The notes beneath the pieces are model-generated. The model did not search any database. It was not told where the DNA came from and saw only the letters and a program-made list of their open reading frames with translations. A stretch of DNA of 62,535 nt, from assembly GCA_902788085.1 (NCBI GenBank), contig CADAJB010000007.1, positions 1 through 62,535 on the forward strand, in the 5' to 3' direction. This DNA is from an uncultured Eubacteriales bacterium (GTDB lineage: Bacteria > Bacillota > Clostridia > Christensenellales > UBA1242). Shown here piece by piece: positions 38,235-47,393 of the stretch. Position 1 is the stretch's first letter. Each line of letters opens with the position of its first letter. A program made the translations under genes and the position numbers.

Positions 38235-39320
38235 ATGCAGCAAAAAACAGTAGTTGTTGGAATGTCGGGCGGTGTAGATTCTTCGGTTAGTGCATTACTA
38301 TTAAAAGAGCAAGGCTATAATGTTGTTGGTCTTTTTATGCAAAACTGGGAAGAAACCGACCAAAACGCAGTTTGCACAGCACAACAAGATTACGATGATA
38401 TGCGAAAGGTATGCGATAAACTTAACATACCTTATTTTAGTGTTAATTTTTCAAAAGAATACTACGAAAAAGTTTTTGAATACTTTTTACAAAGTTATAA
38501 ACAAGGGCGAACCCCTAACCCCGATGTTTTGTGCAATAAAGAAATTAAGTTTGGTCCTTTTATACAAAAAGCCTTGCAACTGGGGGCGGATTATATTGCC
38601 ACAGGGCATTATGCAAAACTAGAACAAAAAGACGGGCTTTTTTACCTAAAAAAAGCATTTGACAAAAACAAAGACCAAAGTTATTTTTTAAACCAACTTA
38701 CACAAGACCAACTAAAATATGCAATGTTTCCTTTAAGTGATATTACAAAGCCCGAAGTGCGTGAAATTGCTAAAAAGGCAGGTTTAAACACAGCCAGCAA
38801 AAAAGATAGCACAGGTATTTGCTTTATAGGTGAACGAAACTTCCGCAAATTTTTATCTAACTACTTACCTGCCCAAAGTGGCGAAATTAAAACCCTAAAC
38901 GGCAAAGTTATTGGAAAACATCAAGGGTTAATGTATTATACTATTGGGCAGCGAAAGGGTTTGGGTATTGGCGGACTAAAAGACAGTAACGGTTCGGCTT
39001 GGTTTGTGGTTAAAAAAGACCTAACAACCAACACCCTATATGTTGCCGAAGGTGAAGCCGAAATGCCAGTACAAAATGGATTAATTACAAACGGTTTTAA
39101 CTTTATTCCTACTCGCCCACAAAATACAAGTTTTGAATGTTTTGCAAAATTTAGATATCGTCAACCCGACCAACCAGTAAAAGTAAACATAAAAGATGAT
39201 GGCAATGTAGATATAAAATTTTTATCTAAACAAACAAGCGTAACGCCCGGACAATTTGTTGTGTTATACGACCAGCAAGAAAACTGCCTTGGTGGTGGCG
39301 AAATAGATATAATATATTAA
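38235..39320 (+). CDS. mnmA: tRNA 2-thiouridine(34) synthase
   Basis: VVGMSGGVDSSVSA PP-loop, NPDVLCN, and DSTGICFIGER. Confidence 0.95.
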   Translation: MQQKTVVVGMSGGVDSSVSALLLKEQGYNVVGLFMQNWEETDQNAVCTAQQDYDDMRKVCDKLNIPYFSVNFSKEYYEKVFEYFLQSYKQGRTPNPDVLCNKEIKFGPFIQKALQLGADYIATGHYAKLEQKDGLFYLKKAFDKNKDQSYFLNQLTQDQLKYAMFPLSDITKPEVREIAKKAGLNTASKKDSTGICFIGERNFRKFLSNYLPAQSGEIKTLNGKVIGKHQGLMYYTIGQRKGLGIGGLKDSNGSAWFVVKKDLTTNTLYVAEGEAEMPVQNGLITNGFNFIPTRPQNTSFECFAKFRYRQPDQPVKVNIKDDGNVDIKFLSKQTSVTPGQFVVLYDQQENCLGGGEIDIIY

Positions 39321-39353
39321 AAAAACATATCAAACGATATGTTTTTTGTTTTT
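39321..39353. terminator. bidirectional terminator between mnmA and ypeB
   Basis: AAAAACATATC-AAAC-GATATGTTTTT followed by a T run. Confidence 0.75.
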
Positions 39354-39376
39354 AATACTATGCATAGTACTATGCA
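39353..39376. repeat. 24-bp motif block TAATACTATGCATAGTACTATGCA (left arm of a 24-bp perfect inverted repeat)
   Basis: Its exact reverse complement occurs at 42099..42122. It contains overlapping copies of the TGCATAGTA / TACTATGCA half-sites. Confidence 0.9.
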
Positions 39377-39416
39377 CCACTGTTTTGCGAATAGTTTATT
39401 ACAAAATATAGGGCTT

Positions 39417-39430
39417 TTAATACTATGCAC
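39417..39430. repeat. motif half-site TTAATACTATGCAC abutting the ypeB stop codon
   Basis: The minus strand reads TAG (ypeB stop) followed directly by TGCATAGTATTAA. Confidence 0.75.
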
Positions 39431-40758
39431 TACATAAGTAAACTTCCGTCATCGGTTTCCACTACTTTTAAAATTTGCGACTGCACGCCTGTTTTTGCAT
39501 CTATATATACATAATATGTGCTACTATCATACACGCACATAAACTCCCAGCATAAAGTTTCGCCCACATATTCGTTTGGTGTTAGTGTTAATTTAACTGT
39601 GCGAATATCCATTTCGGGCGAAACACTTTTTTGTGCTTCTTCTTTTTTAATAGTTGGGGCTAAATCTTTGCGTTCGGTATGGTTGTATGCCCAACTTTTT
39701 GCTTCCCACCCCACTACTTTGCCGGTAGTGTTAGAAACCTTTACTTTAATTTCATCTGGATATAATATCACACCACTTTGTATAGGGGCTAAATTTACAT
39801 AAGTAAAGTTATCCGAAACAGTACTCCAAACAACTTCTAAGTTATCTAACCCAAGTTTTTTAGCAAATGTTAAAGCAAAGGTACAGCATTCTTCTTCGGT
39901 AAAATTTTCTTTTTCTGATTCTTGCCCACTATTTAATTGAAGCAAAATTCCATCACGCACCGAAACTTGTGCATAATATCTTGTTTTATCTTTAACTAAA
40001 CTATAATTATATGTATCAAAATCTCCGCCAGTTGTTTTTCCTTCAAAGTTAACAATAAAGTCTTTAAACCACTCCTGCATTTTTACATAGGCTTGGGCTT
40101 GGGTTATTTCGTTTTGCGAAAGTCCTTTTATTTGCTTGTGTATAACACTATCGCTAAAAGGTCCATCGTATATAAGTTGCGGATATTCTATATTGCCATT
40201 ATTAAAACTTGCCCATTCGTTATTAAATTTTGAAGAATTATTGCTTGTAACAGATAAATTATCTATTATGCTATAATTATTGCTGCTTATCATAACAGAA
40301 AGTTTATTAAGTTCGGTTTTTACTTTTTTGCTGGTATCTAACAATTCATCTATTTGGTCTAATTCATCCATATCTAAATTTTTATTGTCTATCAAGTTTG
40401 CTTGCAAAGTGCTTGTATATCCACCCAAAGTATTTAAATATGTAATAGTTTCGTTTATTGCATTATGCTCTATTGGCAAAACGCTAATGTTATCTTGGGC
40501 GTTGCTAGATAATGTGCTAACTTTGCTTAAATATTGGTTTTGCATAGTTTTATCGGTTGAAACAGTTAGTTTTGATAAATTAGATTCTATATTATTTACA
40601 TTATCTACTAATTCATAAAAATTTTGCTGGTAAACATATTCTAGTTGCGATTTATAATTGTTTGCTTCGTTTGCCTTGTCAAAATATAATACACTACCTA
40701 TAACCGTACCAAATATTGCGCCTATTATAGATAAAGTTATGAGTACAGACTTTTTCAT
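39430..40758 (-). CDS. ypeB: germination protein YpeB
   Basis: N-terminal TM segment, YQQNFYELVDNVNNIE similar to the Bacillus YpeB N-terminal region, and a PepSY-like C-terminal region. Directly downstream of sleB. Confidence 0.85.
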   Translation of the reverse strand: MKKSVLITLSIIGAIFGTVIGSVLYFDKANEANNYKSQLEYVYQQNFYELVDNVNNIESNLSKLTVSTDKTMQNQYLSKVSTLSSNAQDNISVLPIEHNAINETITYLNTLGGYTSTLQANLIDNKNLDMDELDQIDELLDTSKKVKTELNKLSVMISSNNYSIIDNLSVTSNNSSKFNNEWASFNNGNIEYPQLIYDGPFSDSVIHKQIKGLSQNEITQAQAYVKMQEWFKDFIVNFEGKTTGGDFDTYNYSLVKDKTRYYAQVSVRDGILLQLNSGQESEKENFTEEECCTFALTFAKKLGLDNLEVVWSTVSDNFTYVNLAPIQSGVILYPDEIKVKVSNTTGKVVGWEAKSWAYNHTERKDLAPTIKKEEAQKSVSPEMDIRTVKLTLTPNEYVGETLCWEFMCVYDSSTYYVYIDAKTGVQSQILKVVETDDGSLLM

Positions 40759-40767
40759 ACTTCCCCC

Positions 40768-41463
40768 TTATATTGCAAAATTATGCTTACCAATTTTTAC
40801 CAAAACTTTTCGCGACCATATCCACGAACTTGTGGCGGTGTTGGGGTTATAATAATATAACGCGCCATAACTTGGGTCCCAACCGTTCATTGCATCACGC
40901 GCGGCGTTATATGCAGACTGGTTTGGTTCTAACTTTATTTGCCCATCACTTACACAAGTAAAAGCATAAGGCTGATAAATTACGCCATATATAGAATTTG
41001 GAAATTTGCTAGATTTTACCCTGTTTAATATTACCGCCCCAACGGCCACCTGCCCAGCATAAGGTTCTCCTCTGGCTTCGGCATATATACACTTTGCAAG
41101 ATTATATAAATCGCCACTATTTTGGGTGTTAGAACTTGTTTTTGTTAGGGTTATGCCCATAGCAGCAGCGGTTTTTGCACCCACTACACCATCTGCAACT
41201 AAGCCATTCTTTTTTTGAAAAGATATAACAGCATTTTTTGTTTTTGGGCCATATACACCATCAACCACCCCAGTATAATACCCCCAGCGTTTAAGTTTTG
41301 TTTGAACAGTTTTAACTTGCGAAGATGTTAGTGCCGCTTCGGCAATAAATTGTATATCTGTTTGTTGTTGCGAATAACTAAACACACTATAAACACCTAA
41401 AAAAACAGTGCTAATTAATAAAAACAAAATTACAATTTTTTTATAAATACTTTTAACTTGCAT
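40768..41463 (-). CDS. sleB: spore cortex-lytic enzyme SleB
   Basis: PG-binding domain (VKTVQTKLKRWGYYTGVVDGVYGPKTKNAVISFQKKNGL) plus a hydrolase_2 domain (CIYAEARGEPYAGQVAVGAVILNRV). Confidence 0.9.
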   Translation of the reverse strand: MQVKSIYKKIVILFLLISTVFLGVYSVFSYSQQQTDIQFIAEAALTSSQVKTVQTKLKRWGYYTGVVDGVYGPKTKNAVISFQKKNGLVADGVVGAKTAAAMGITLTKTSSNTQNSGDLYNLAKCIYAEARGEPYAGQVAVGAVILNRVKSSKFPNSIYGVIYQPYAFTCVSDGQIKLEPNQSAYNAARDAMNGWDPSYGALYYYNPNTATSSWIWSRKVLVKIGKHNFAI

Positions 41464-42007
41464 TTACTTTCCCCCAAAAAGAATTGATAATTTCTAATAA
41501 TTTAGACCTATAAGTTACATCATTAGAGTTATCGGCATTTACAAAGCATAGTGGCGGATATACTACGCACCACCAATTATTGCCTTGCCCCGAACCAAGA
41601 TTAACAATCAAACTATCATATACGCCAGCCGGAAGAGTTAAATTATTATAAGCCCGTGTAGGAAACTCTTCTTTTTTTATAACACTATTTGTTTTGTAAC
41701 TAAACTTGTTTTTACTTAACACACTATCTGCCACATTATTGATATTAAGAAGATTGTCACTAACAATTTTTATGGCAGTTTTTTTATCTACTGCATTAGT
41801 AAGTAGTGGTGTTAAATAATTTACAACAGCATCTTTTACTTCGTATTTTACATTTTGGTCAATATCGGCATTCGAGTTTGCCCTAATATGTATTCTTAAA
41901 AATTCATCATTAAATGTACTGGCTGAATTATTTTCTGTTGGAATAATAAAAAATACCGCCAATAAAGATAAACTTAAAACTAAACTAATAATTACCTTTA
42001 CATTCAT
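41453..42007 (-). CDS. spoIIR: stage II sporulation protein R
   Basis: Start trimmed to MNVKVIISL (RBS GGAGAAG). FLRIHIRANSNADIDQNVKYEVKDAV and NWWCVVYPPLCF are SpoIIR signatures. Its end overlaps the sleB start by 11 nt. Confidence 0.85.
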   Translation of the reverse strand: MNVKVIISLVLSLSLLAVFFIIPTENNSASTFNDEFLRIHIRANSNADIDQNVKYEVKDAVVNYLTPLLTNAVDKKTAIKIVSDNLLNINNVADSVLSKNKFSYKTNSVIKKEEFPTRAYNNLTLPAGVYDSLIVNLGSGQGNNWWCVVYPPLCFVNADNSNDVTYRSKLLEIINSFWGKVNAS

Positions 42008-42098
42008 ATATTCTTCTCCTTTTTTAAAATTATTCACTATAAATTTAAAAATAAACAAAAAAGACAAGATAAATCTTGACTTTTTGTTATAATTTATT

Positions 42099-42122
42099 TG
42101 CATAGTACTATGCATAGTATTA
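42099..42122. repeat. right arm of the 24-bp perfect inverted repeat (TGCATAGTACTATGCATAGTATTA)
   Basis: Exact reverse complement of 39353..39376. Its last 3 nt are the stop codon of the SipL-like gene. Confidence 0.9.
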
Positions 42123-43637
42123 TATGTTTTGCCTATAAACTAATATATTTGTAGGCTGTGTTATAGGAAAAGTTAAATTTGGGTTTTGTGCTGTTATAAT
42201 GCTAGGGCTAACTTTTAATAGTTTAGACACTTCCCACAAACTTTCCGCCCCACTTACAATATATACGCCCATAGGTTTATTTACTTCTTCTATCTTTTTG
42301 CCAAGCGTTATATTGCTTACAATATTGTTTTCTACATTTTGTGAATAGTTTAGCATAATACTTATAGCAACCTGAATATCTATATCTTTTACTCTTTTGC
42401 TTCGGGCTTCTATTTCTTTTACACTTATTATTGTGCTTATGCTACCTATATTTTGGTAACTAAAAGTTTTGGTAAACGGAATTTCGGCTAGTATTGCACC
42501 TGTTGTTAAATTATCGTCATCTAATTGATAAATGACATTTGCATATACCACCCCGTTTATTGTTGTTTGGTTATCTTTATCTTTTGTTATGTTGTGTGTT
42601 ATATACGAGTGCGAAACACATAAAATTTTATCTATACGCACATCATCAGTTAAAGACAAGTTGCCATCAATTTTTTCGTTAAAGCTTTCGGTTAAATAAT
42701 TTTGGTTTGTATAACTTGTGTTTTCGGGTATAAGTTCGTATTTAGGGCAAAAAGCATCTTCTAACACTTCTATACTACTTTTTCTAGTTGTAAAAGCGTT
42801 TACTAAAATATTAGATTTTAAAGACAAAACACCCTTGCTGCTATTTAACTCGCCTTGTACTTCTGCTATAATATTATTTAGTTTTACTTGTGCCACCACA
42901 CTATCATCTTGCAAAACCGAATTTGCTAAAATTTCTTGGGTGTAGTCTAAAACATAATCTTGTGTTTTTAACTTTGGAACTTCTTCGTTTGTTAAATACA
43001 CTACACTTGCAAAAACTTTTCCGCTTAAAGTTATTACATCGGTGCTTGTCTTGCAATCTTCTACTATTGCACTGCCACTAGATAACAAAACCGAAGATAT
43101 GCTATTAGGCAAGTTTACTTCATTTATTACATCAAAATTTTGTGAAGTACTATAATTTACATCTAAAAACTCGTGTTGGCATGTTTTTTGACACACATCA
43201 GGGCTTAAAGACTGAACATAGTTTATTGTTTGGTTTTTTATTAAATAACTATCTACACTAATAACAACATTAAACGAAACCGAGTTTTCGCTGGCTATTA
43301 TGTTTTTTACTTCGTTTAGGCTGGCCACTGCATAAATTTTTGTTTCGTCTATTATATCTGCATCACTAATATGGGCATTAAAGTTTATGTTTTCTTCTAA
43401 TAATTTATATTGTTTGTCGGCATCTAAAACCAAAACTTTTATAACTGCACCACCGCTTATATCAGCATTCCCGTTAGTTGTTATTACATTGTTTATATTA
43501 GGCAAAGCGTTTATAGATAAAACTTGTTTTACTACCACACCATTAGACATTATATTTACTGGCAAATCTACTTTTTGTGTTGTTAAAGTTTTTTGTAGTT
43601 TATAACTTTGTGTATTAACACTTGGTTCGAAAGGCAT
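42120..43637 (-). CDS. DUF3794-repeat plus C-terminal LysM protein (SipL/SpoVID-like coat morphogenetic protein)
   Basis: 505 aa with a LysM-like C-terminus (VYIVSGAESLWEVSKLLKVSPSIITAQNPNL). Size and layout match Clostridial SipL. Confidence 0.7.
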   Translation of the reverse strand: MPFEPSVNTQSYKLQKTLTTQKVDLPVNIMSNGVVVKQVLSINALPNINNVITTNGNADISGGAVIKVLVLDADKQYKLLEENINFNAHISDADIIDETKIYAVASLNEVKNIIASENSVSFNVVISVDSYLIKNQTINYVQSLSPDVCQKTCQHEFLDVNYSTSQNFDVINEVNLPNSISSVLLSSGSAIVEDCKTSTDVITLSGKVFASVVYLTNEEVPKLKTQDYVLDYTQEILANSVLQDDSVVAQVKLNNIIAEVQGELNSSKGVLSLKSNILVNAFTTRKSSIEVLEDAFCPKYELIPENTSYTNQNYLTESFNEKIDGNLSLTDDVRIDKILCVSHSYITHNITKDKDNQTTINGVVYANVIYQLDDDNLTTGAILAEIPFTKTFSYQNIGSISTIISVKEIEARSKRVKDIDIQVAISIMLNYSQNVENNIVSNITLGKKIEEVNKPMGVYIVSGAESLWEVSKLLKVSPSIITAQNPNLTFPITQPTNILVYRQNI

Positions 43638-43705
43638 TTTGTTCCTCCTAAAAATTATATCAAAATAGTTTATTAATAAAAAAAAGCAAATATGATAACT
43701 TGCTT

Positions 43706-43945
43706 CTATTTTAATGCTATTTTTACATCACCACACAAAACTTCGGTAAAACTATAAGACTTCTTATCTATTACATTGTCGTTTTCTATTTTTACAACAA
43801 ATACACTTTGATATATGTTTTCAACTACCCCTTGATAATGCACAATCTTTTTTCGTCCGTTGTTTACCTGCATGTTTATTTGTTTTCCTTTTAGTGCCAT
43901 TATTGCCTGTTTTATTTCGTTTAAGGTCATATTTGGTTTTCGCAT
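43706..43945 (-). CDS. veg: Veg protein
   Basis: LNEIKQAIMALKGKQINMQVNNGRKKIVHYQGVVENIYQSVFVV resembles B. subtilis Veg. Start chosen at MRKPNM (RBS AGGGG). The ORF-track start is a TTG further upstream. Confidence 0.8.
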   Translation of the reverse strand: MRKPNMTLNEIKQAIMALKGKQINMQVNNGRKKIVHYQGVVENIYQSVFVVKIENDNVIDKKSYSFTEVLCGDVKIALK

Positions 43946-43999
43946 TTTATTATACCCCTGCAAAAATTATAACCTTTTACATACTTTTTAAACTAAATT

Positions 44000-44042
44000 A
44001 AATAAAAATAGCAAAATTATCGTGTTTTGCGAATAATTTTGC
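44000..44042 (-). terminator. AT-rich rho-independent terminator after tkt
   Basis: The minus strand reads GCAAAATTAT, 12-nt loop, ATAATTTTGC, followed by TATTTTTATTT. Confidence 0.6.
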
Positions 44043-44055
44043 TAGTACTATGCAC
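44043..44055. repeat. motif half-site TAGTACTATGCAC abutting the tkt stop codon
   Basis: The minus strand reads TAG (tkt stop) followed directly by TGCATAGTACTA, the same 12-mer TAGTGCATAGTA as at the ypeB stop. Confidence 0.75.
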
Positions 44056-46022
44056 TAATTTGTTTTATTTCGTTTTATTAAATCTATTGCAATATTGCTT
44101 ATATTTACTGCACTAACCCCAAATAAATCATATAATTCTTCTTTTGTTCCACTCTCACCAAAAGTATTAATGCCTACAACATAACCAAACCTGCCCGCCA
44201 CACTATGCCAACTGCGTGTAACACCTGCTTCTACTACAATTTTAGTAGGAAATTCGCTTGGTAGTACACTTTGAATATAGTTTTTATCTTGCTTTTCAAA
44301 CAACTCACGGCAAGGCATACTTACAACCCTTACCGAATAACCTTTATATTCTAATAATTTTTTTGTTCGCATTGCTACTTCTACTTCGCTTCCGGTGGCT
44401 ATAAGTATGGCATTAAGTTTGTATCTATCTTTTTCGGGTGCAATTATATATGCGCCTTTTGATACATCTTTATATTTTGCCTTACTAAAAATAGGATTTT
44501 CGGTTTTAGATAAAGACAACACCATAGGGCAATTATTTAATACCTGATAAATATAACTATACTTAGTTTCCACCGCATCGGCGGGTCTAAAAACCATTAA
44601 ATTTGGTGTTAACCTTAAACTTTCTAACTGCTCTACTGGCTGATGTGTTGCGCCGTCTTGCCCTAAGGCTACACTATCGTGTGAAAATATAAATAGTGAT
44701 GGCACATTCATCATAGCACACAATCTAATTGCTGGGCGCATATAATCGGAAAAAGCTAAAAAAGTAGAACAATACCCACGCAATCCGCCGTGCAAAACTA
44801 TTCCGTTTATAATGTTTGCCATAGCAAACTCTCGCACACCAAAAGCAATGTTTCTGCCCATATAATTTTTTGCGCTATAATATTCTAGCCCTGTTAGTTC
44901 GGTTTTTGTGCTTTTAGATAAATCCGCACTACCGCCAACAAAGTTTATATCTTTTTTTGCTAGCACATTTAACACTTTAAAACTAGCGTCACGCGTACTT
45001 ATATCGGATTTATTAAAGTTTATGTTTATATCTTTTGCTATTTGTTGTGGATTATATGTAAATAGTTTTTTGTATTTACTTATATTATGACGCTTATACA
45101 ACTTTAACAAATCTTCCCACAAAGCAAACAACTGTTCACCCTTGTTTTGTAGCGTTTTAAAATGTTTATATACATCTAAACTTACACAAAAAGGTGTTGT
45201 ATCAAGCCCCCAACTTGCCACCAGTTTTTTAACTTCTTTTTCGTTATATGGGTTTGCGTGCGCTTGTGGATTGTTTTGATACATTGTGTTTTTTGCTATT
45301 ATTGTATTGCAAATTATTAATGTAGGTTTTTTAGATTTTTTTGCTGTTTTTATAGCAAGTATTATGTTTTTATAATTGTCATCACAATCTAGAACATTAA
45401 AGCCTTGTGCGGTAAAACGCATTTTTATATCTTCGGCGGTTGTTTTATCAGTGCTTCCGTCAATGGTCATATTGTTTTTATTATATAAAACAATTAATTT
45501 ATTTAGTTTAAACAAGCCACTTAACGAAAAACTTTCGTAACTAACACCTTCCATTAAATCGCCATCACCACAAACTAAATATGTATAGTGGTCAATTATG
45601 TTTATGCCCTTTAAATTGTATCTAGTGTTTAACATTGTTTCGGCAACCGCTAGCCCTGTTGCAACCGCTATGCCCTGCCCCAAAGCACCTGTTGTGCAGT
45701 CAACGCCCGGTGTATTTGTTTCGGGGTGCCCCGGTGTTATTGAACCAAGCGTGCGAAAATCTTTTAGGTCGTCAATAGTGATATCATAGCCCATTAAATG
45801 TAAGATGGAATATAGTGCGGCACTTGCGTGCCCATTAGATAAAACTACTCTATCACGATTTATCCAGTTGGGTTGACTAGGGCAAACTTTGGCTTCGTGA
45901 TAAATTGCATATAAAATTGGGGCACAATCTAGCGCAGCGCCACAGTGACCACTATTAGCACGCAAAATCATTTCTAGCGACAATTTTTTTATTGTGTTAA
46001 TTGCTTGTTCTTCTATCGACAT
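44055..46022 (-). CDS. tkt: transketolase
   Basis: SGHCGAALDCAPI, GDGDLMEG (TPP-binding) and GEDGATHQP-like SHDSVALGQDGATHQP. Confidence 0.95.
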   Translation of the reverse strand: MSIEEQAINTIKKLSLEMILRANSGHCGAALDCAPILYAIYHEAKVCPSQPNWINRDRVVLSNGHASAALYSILHLMGYDITIDDLKDFRTLGSITPGHPETNTPGVDCTTGALGQGIAVATGLAVAETMLNTRYNLKGINIIDHYTYLVCGDGDLMEGVSYESFSLSGLFKLNKLIVLYNKNNMTIDGSTDKTTAEDIKMRFTAQGFNVLDCDDNYKNIILAIKTAKKSKKPTLIICNTIIAKNTMYQNNPQAHANPYNEKEVKKLVASWGLDTTPFCVSLDVYKHFKTLQNKGEQLFALWEDLLKLYKRHNISKYKKLFTYNPQQIAKDININFNKSDISTRDASFKVLNVLAKKDINFVGGSADLSKSTKTELTGLEYYSAKNYMGRNIAFGVREFAMANIINGIVLHGGLRGYCSTFLAFSDYMRPAIRLCAMMNVPSLFIFSHDSVALGQDGATHQPVEQLESLRLTPNLMVFRPADAVETKYSYIYQVLNNCPMVLSLSKTENPIFSKAKYKDVSKGAYIIAPEKDRYKLNAILIATGSEVEVAMRTKKLLEYKGYSVRVVSMPCRELFEKQDKNYIQSVLPSEFPTKIVVEAGVTRSWHSVAGRFGYVVGINTFGESGTKEELYDLFGVSAVNISNIAIDLIKRNKTN

Positions 46023-46069
46023 ATTAACCTACCTTTGTTTATATTATACAAAAAAACAACAAAAACACA

Positions 46070-46098
46070 AACAAAAAAAGATAGTGTTGCTATCTTTT
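46070..46098 (-). terminator. rho-independent terminator
   Basis: The minus strand reads AAAGATAG-CAACA-CTATCTTT followed by a T run. Confidence 0.7.
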
Positions 46099-46103
46099 TA
46101 TAA

Positions 46104-46622
46104 TTAACCTTGATTTTTAAAGTGTTTTACAATTTCGGAAACAATTTTTTTAGCAGCTTTGTTTTCTTTTAATTTACTGCAATCTAAAACTATATCCGAG
46201 TTTTCTACATATTGTTTGTCTTTTTCGGCAAAAGCAATACCCAAAATGTCATTAGGAATTGAATCGCGGCTAGATTTTGCCCTTGCTTCGAAATATTTAG
46301 GGCTAATTTGAAGATAAACAATAAAGCATTGTTTTGATATTTTGTTAAAGTTCTTTTTTTCGAACAACATATTAGGTGTTATTGTTACTATGGTGTTTTC
46401 AAAATCGCAAACATTATCAACTACTTTTGTTTGGCATTTTTTTATATAATTTTCGCCTTCTTTATCACCCAAAACTTCTTTTATGTGAGATACATCACCT
46501 AACTCAAAGTCTAGCATATCTTCTACATCTACATAAAACATATCTAGTTTATCGCCTAATGCTTTTGAAACATTACGGGCATAATTGTTAAACAAACATA
46601 TAAGTGCAATGTTAGATTTCAT
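46104..46622 (-). CDS. shikimate-kinase-like P-loop-fold protein lacking a Walker A motif
   Basis: NIALICLFNNYARNVSKALGDKLDMFYVDVEDML aligns in shape with the AroK pattern NIvLIGfMGxGKttiGxxLaxxLxxxFiDxD, but the GxxGxGK residues are replaced. Confidence 0.5.
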   Translation of the reverse strand: MKSNIALICLFNNYARNVSKALGDKLDMFYVDVEDMLDFELGDVSHIKEVLGDKEGENYIKKCQTKVVDNVCDFENTIVTITPNMLFEKKNFNKISKQCFIVYLQISPKYFEARAKSSRDSIPNDILGIAFAEKDKQYVENSDIVLDCSKLKENKAAKKIVSEIVKHFKNQG

Positions 46623-46696
46623 TATACACCTCGTATTATAAATCAGTTTAATATAACATCTTTTTATGTTTTTGGCAATTAAAAAAGCATAAAATA

Positions 46697-46726
46697 TAAA
46701 AAATAAAGAGAATAGTACTTCTCTTT
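46697..46726 (-). terminator. rho-independent terminator after nrdG
   Basis: The minus strand reads AAAGAGAA-GTACTAT-TCTCTTT followed by ATTTTTT. Confidence 0.65.
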
Positions 46727-47390
46727 ATCTTAATTTTGTTGTTATATAGCGGTTGCATTCTTTTACAATCTGTTGTAAATCAGCATCAGCATATATAGGT
46801 TTTGGGTGATTTTTTGTAGGAGGAAGATAATGCTGTATATAATAATGTTTTGCACCTTTTAAATATTTGGCAATATCTATAAAGTCTTGTTTTAAAATGG
46901 TTGGAATTGCTGTTGTGCGAAACTCGTAATCTATATTGCTATTTATAAGCAAACTTATAGATTGTTTTAGTGCATCTAAGTTTACACTTACTTGTGCTAC
47001 ATCATTATATTTTTTTGATATTGTTTTTATATCCATTGCAACATAATCTATCAACTTTTTATCTAACAAGTCCTTTAAGGCTGTGGGGTTTGTGCCGTTT
47101 GTATCTAACTTTACTAAAAAGCCTAAATCTTTTATTTCTTTAATAAACTGCGGTAGGTCTTTGTGCATAGTAGGTTCACCACCACAAACAACCACTGCAT
47201 CTAACTTACCTATTCTTGTTTTTAAAAAGTCTAAAACTTCTTGCTTATCTACTTCGCCTTTTTTAAGTGAAAGCAGTTCAGCATTTTGACAAAACCAACA
47301 ATTCCACATACAACCCTGCGTAAACACCACACAAGCAAGTTTGCCCGGATAATCTATTAATGATGTTTTAACATAGTTGTGAATTTCCAT
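46725..47390 (-). CDS. nrdG: anaerobic ribonucleoside-triphosphate reductase activating protein (radical SAM)
   Basis: SLIDYPGKLACVVFTQGCMWNCWFCQN (CxxxCxxC) and CGGEP. Immediately downstream of nrdD. Confidence 0.9.
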   Translation of the reverse strand: MEIHNYVKTSLIDYPGKLACVVFTQGCMWNCWFCQNAELLSLKKGEVDKQEVLDFLKTRIGKLDAVVVCGGEPTMHKDLPQFIKEIKDLGFLVKLDTNGTNPTALKDLLDKKLIDYVAMDIKTISKKYNDVAQVSVNLDALKQSISLLINSNIDYEFRTTAIPTILKQDFIDIAKYLKGAKHYYIQHYLPPTKNHPKPIYADADLQQIVKECNRYITTKLR

Positions 47391-47393
47391 TTT

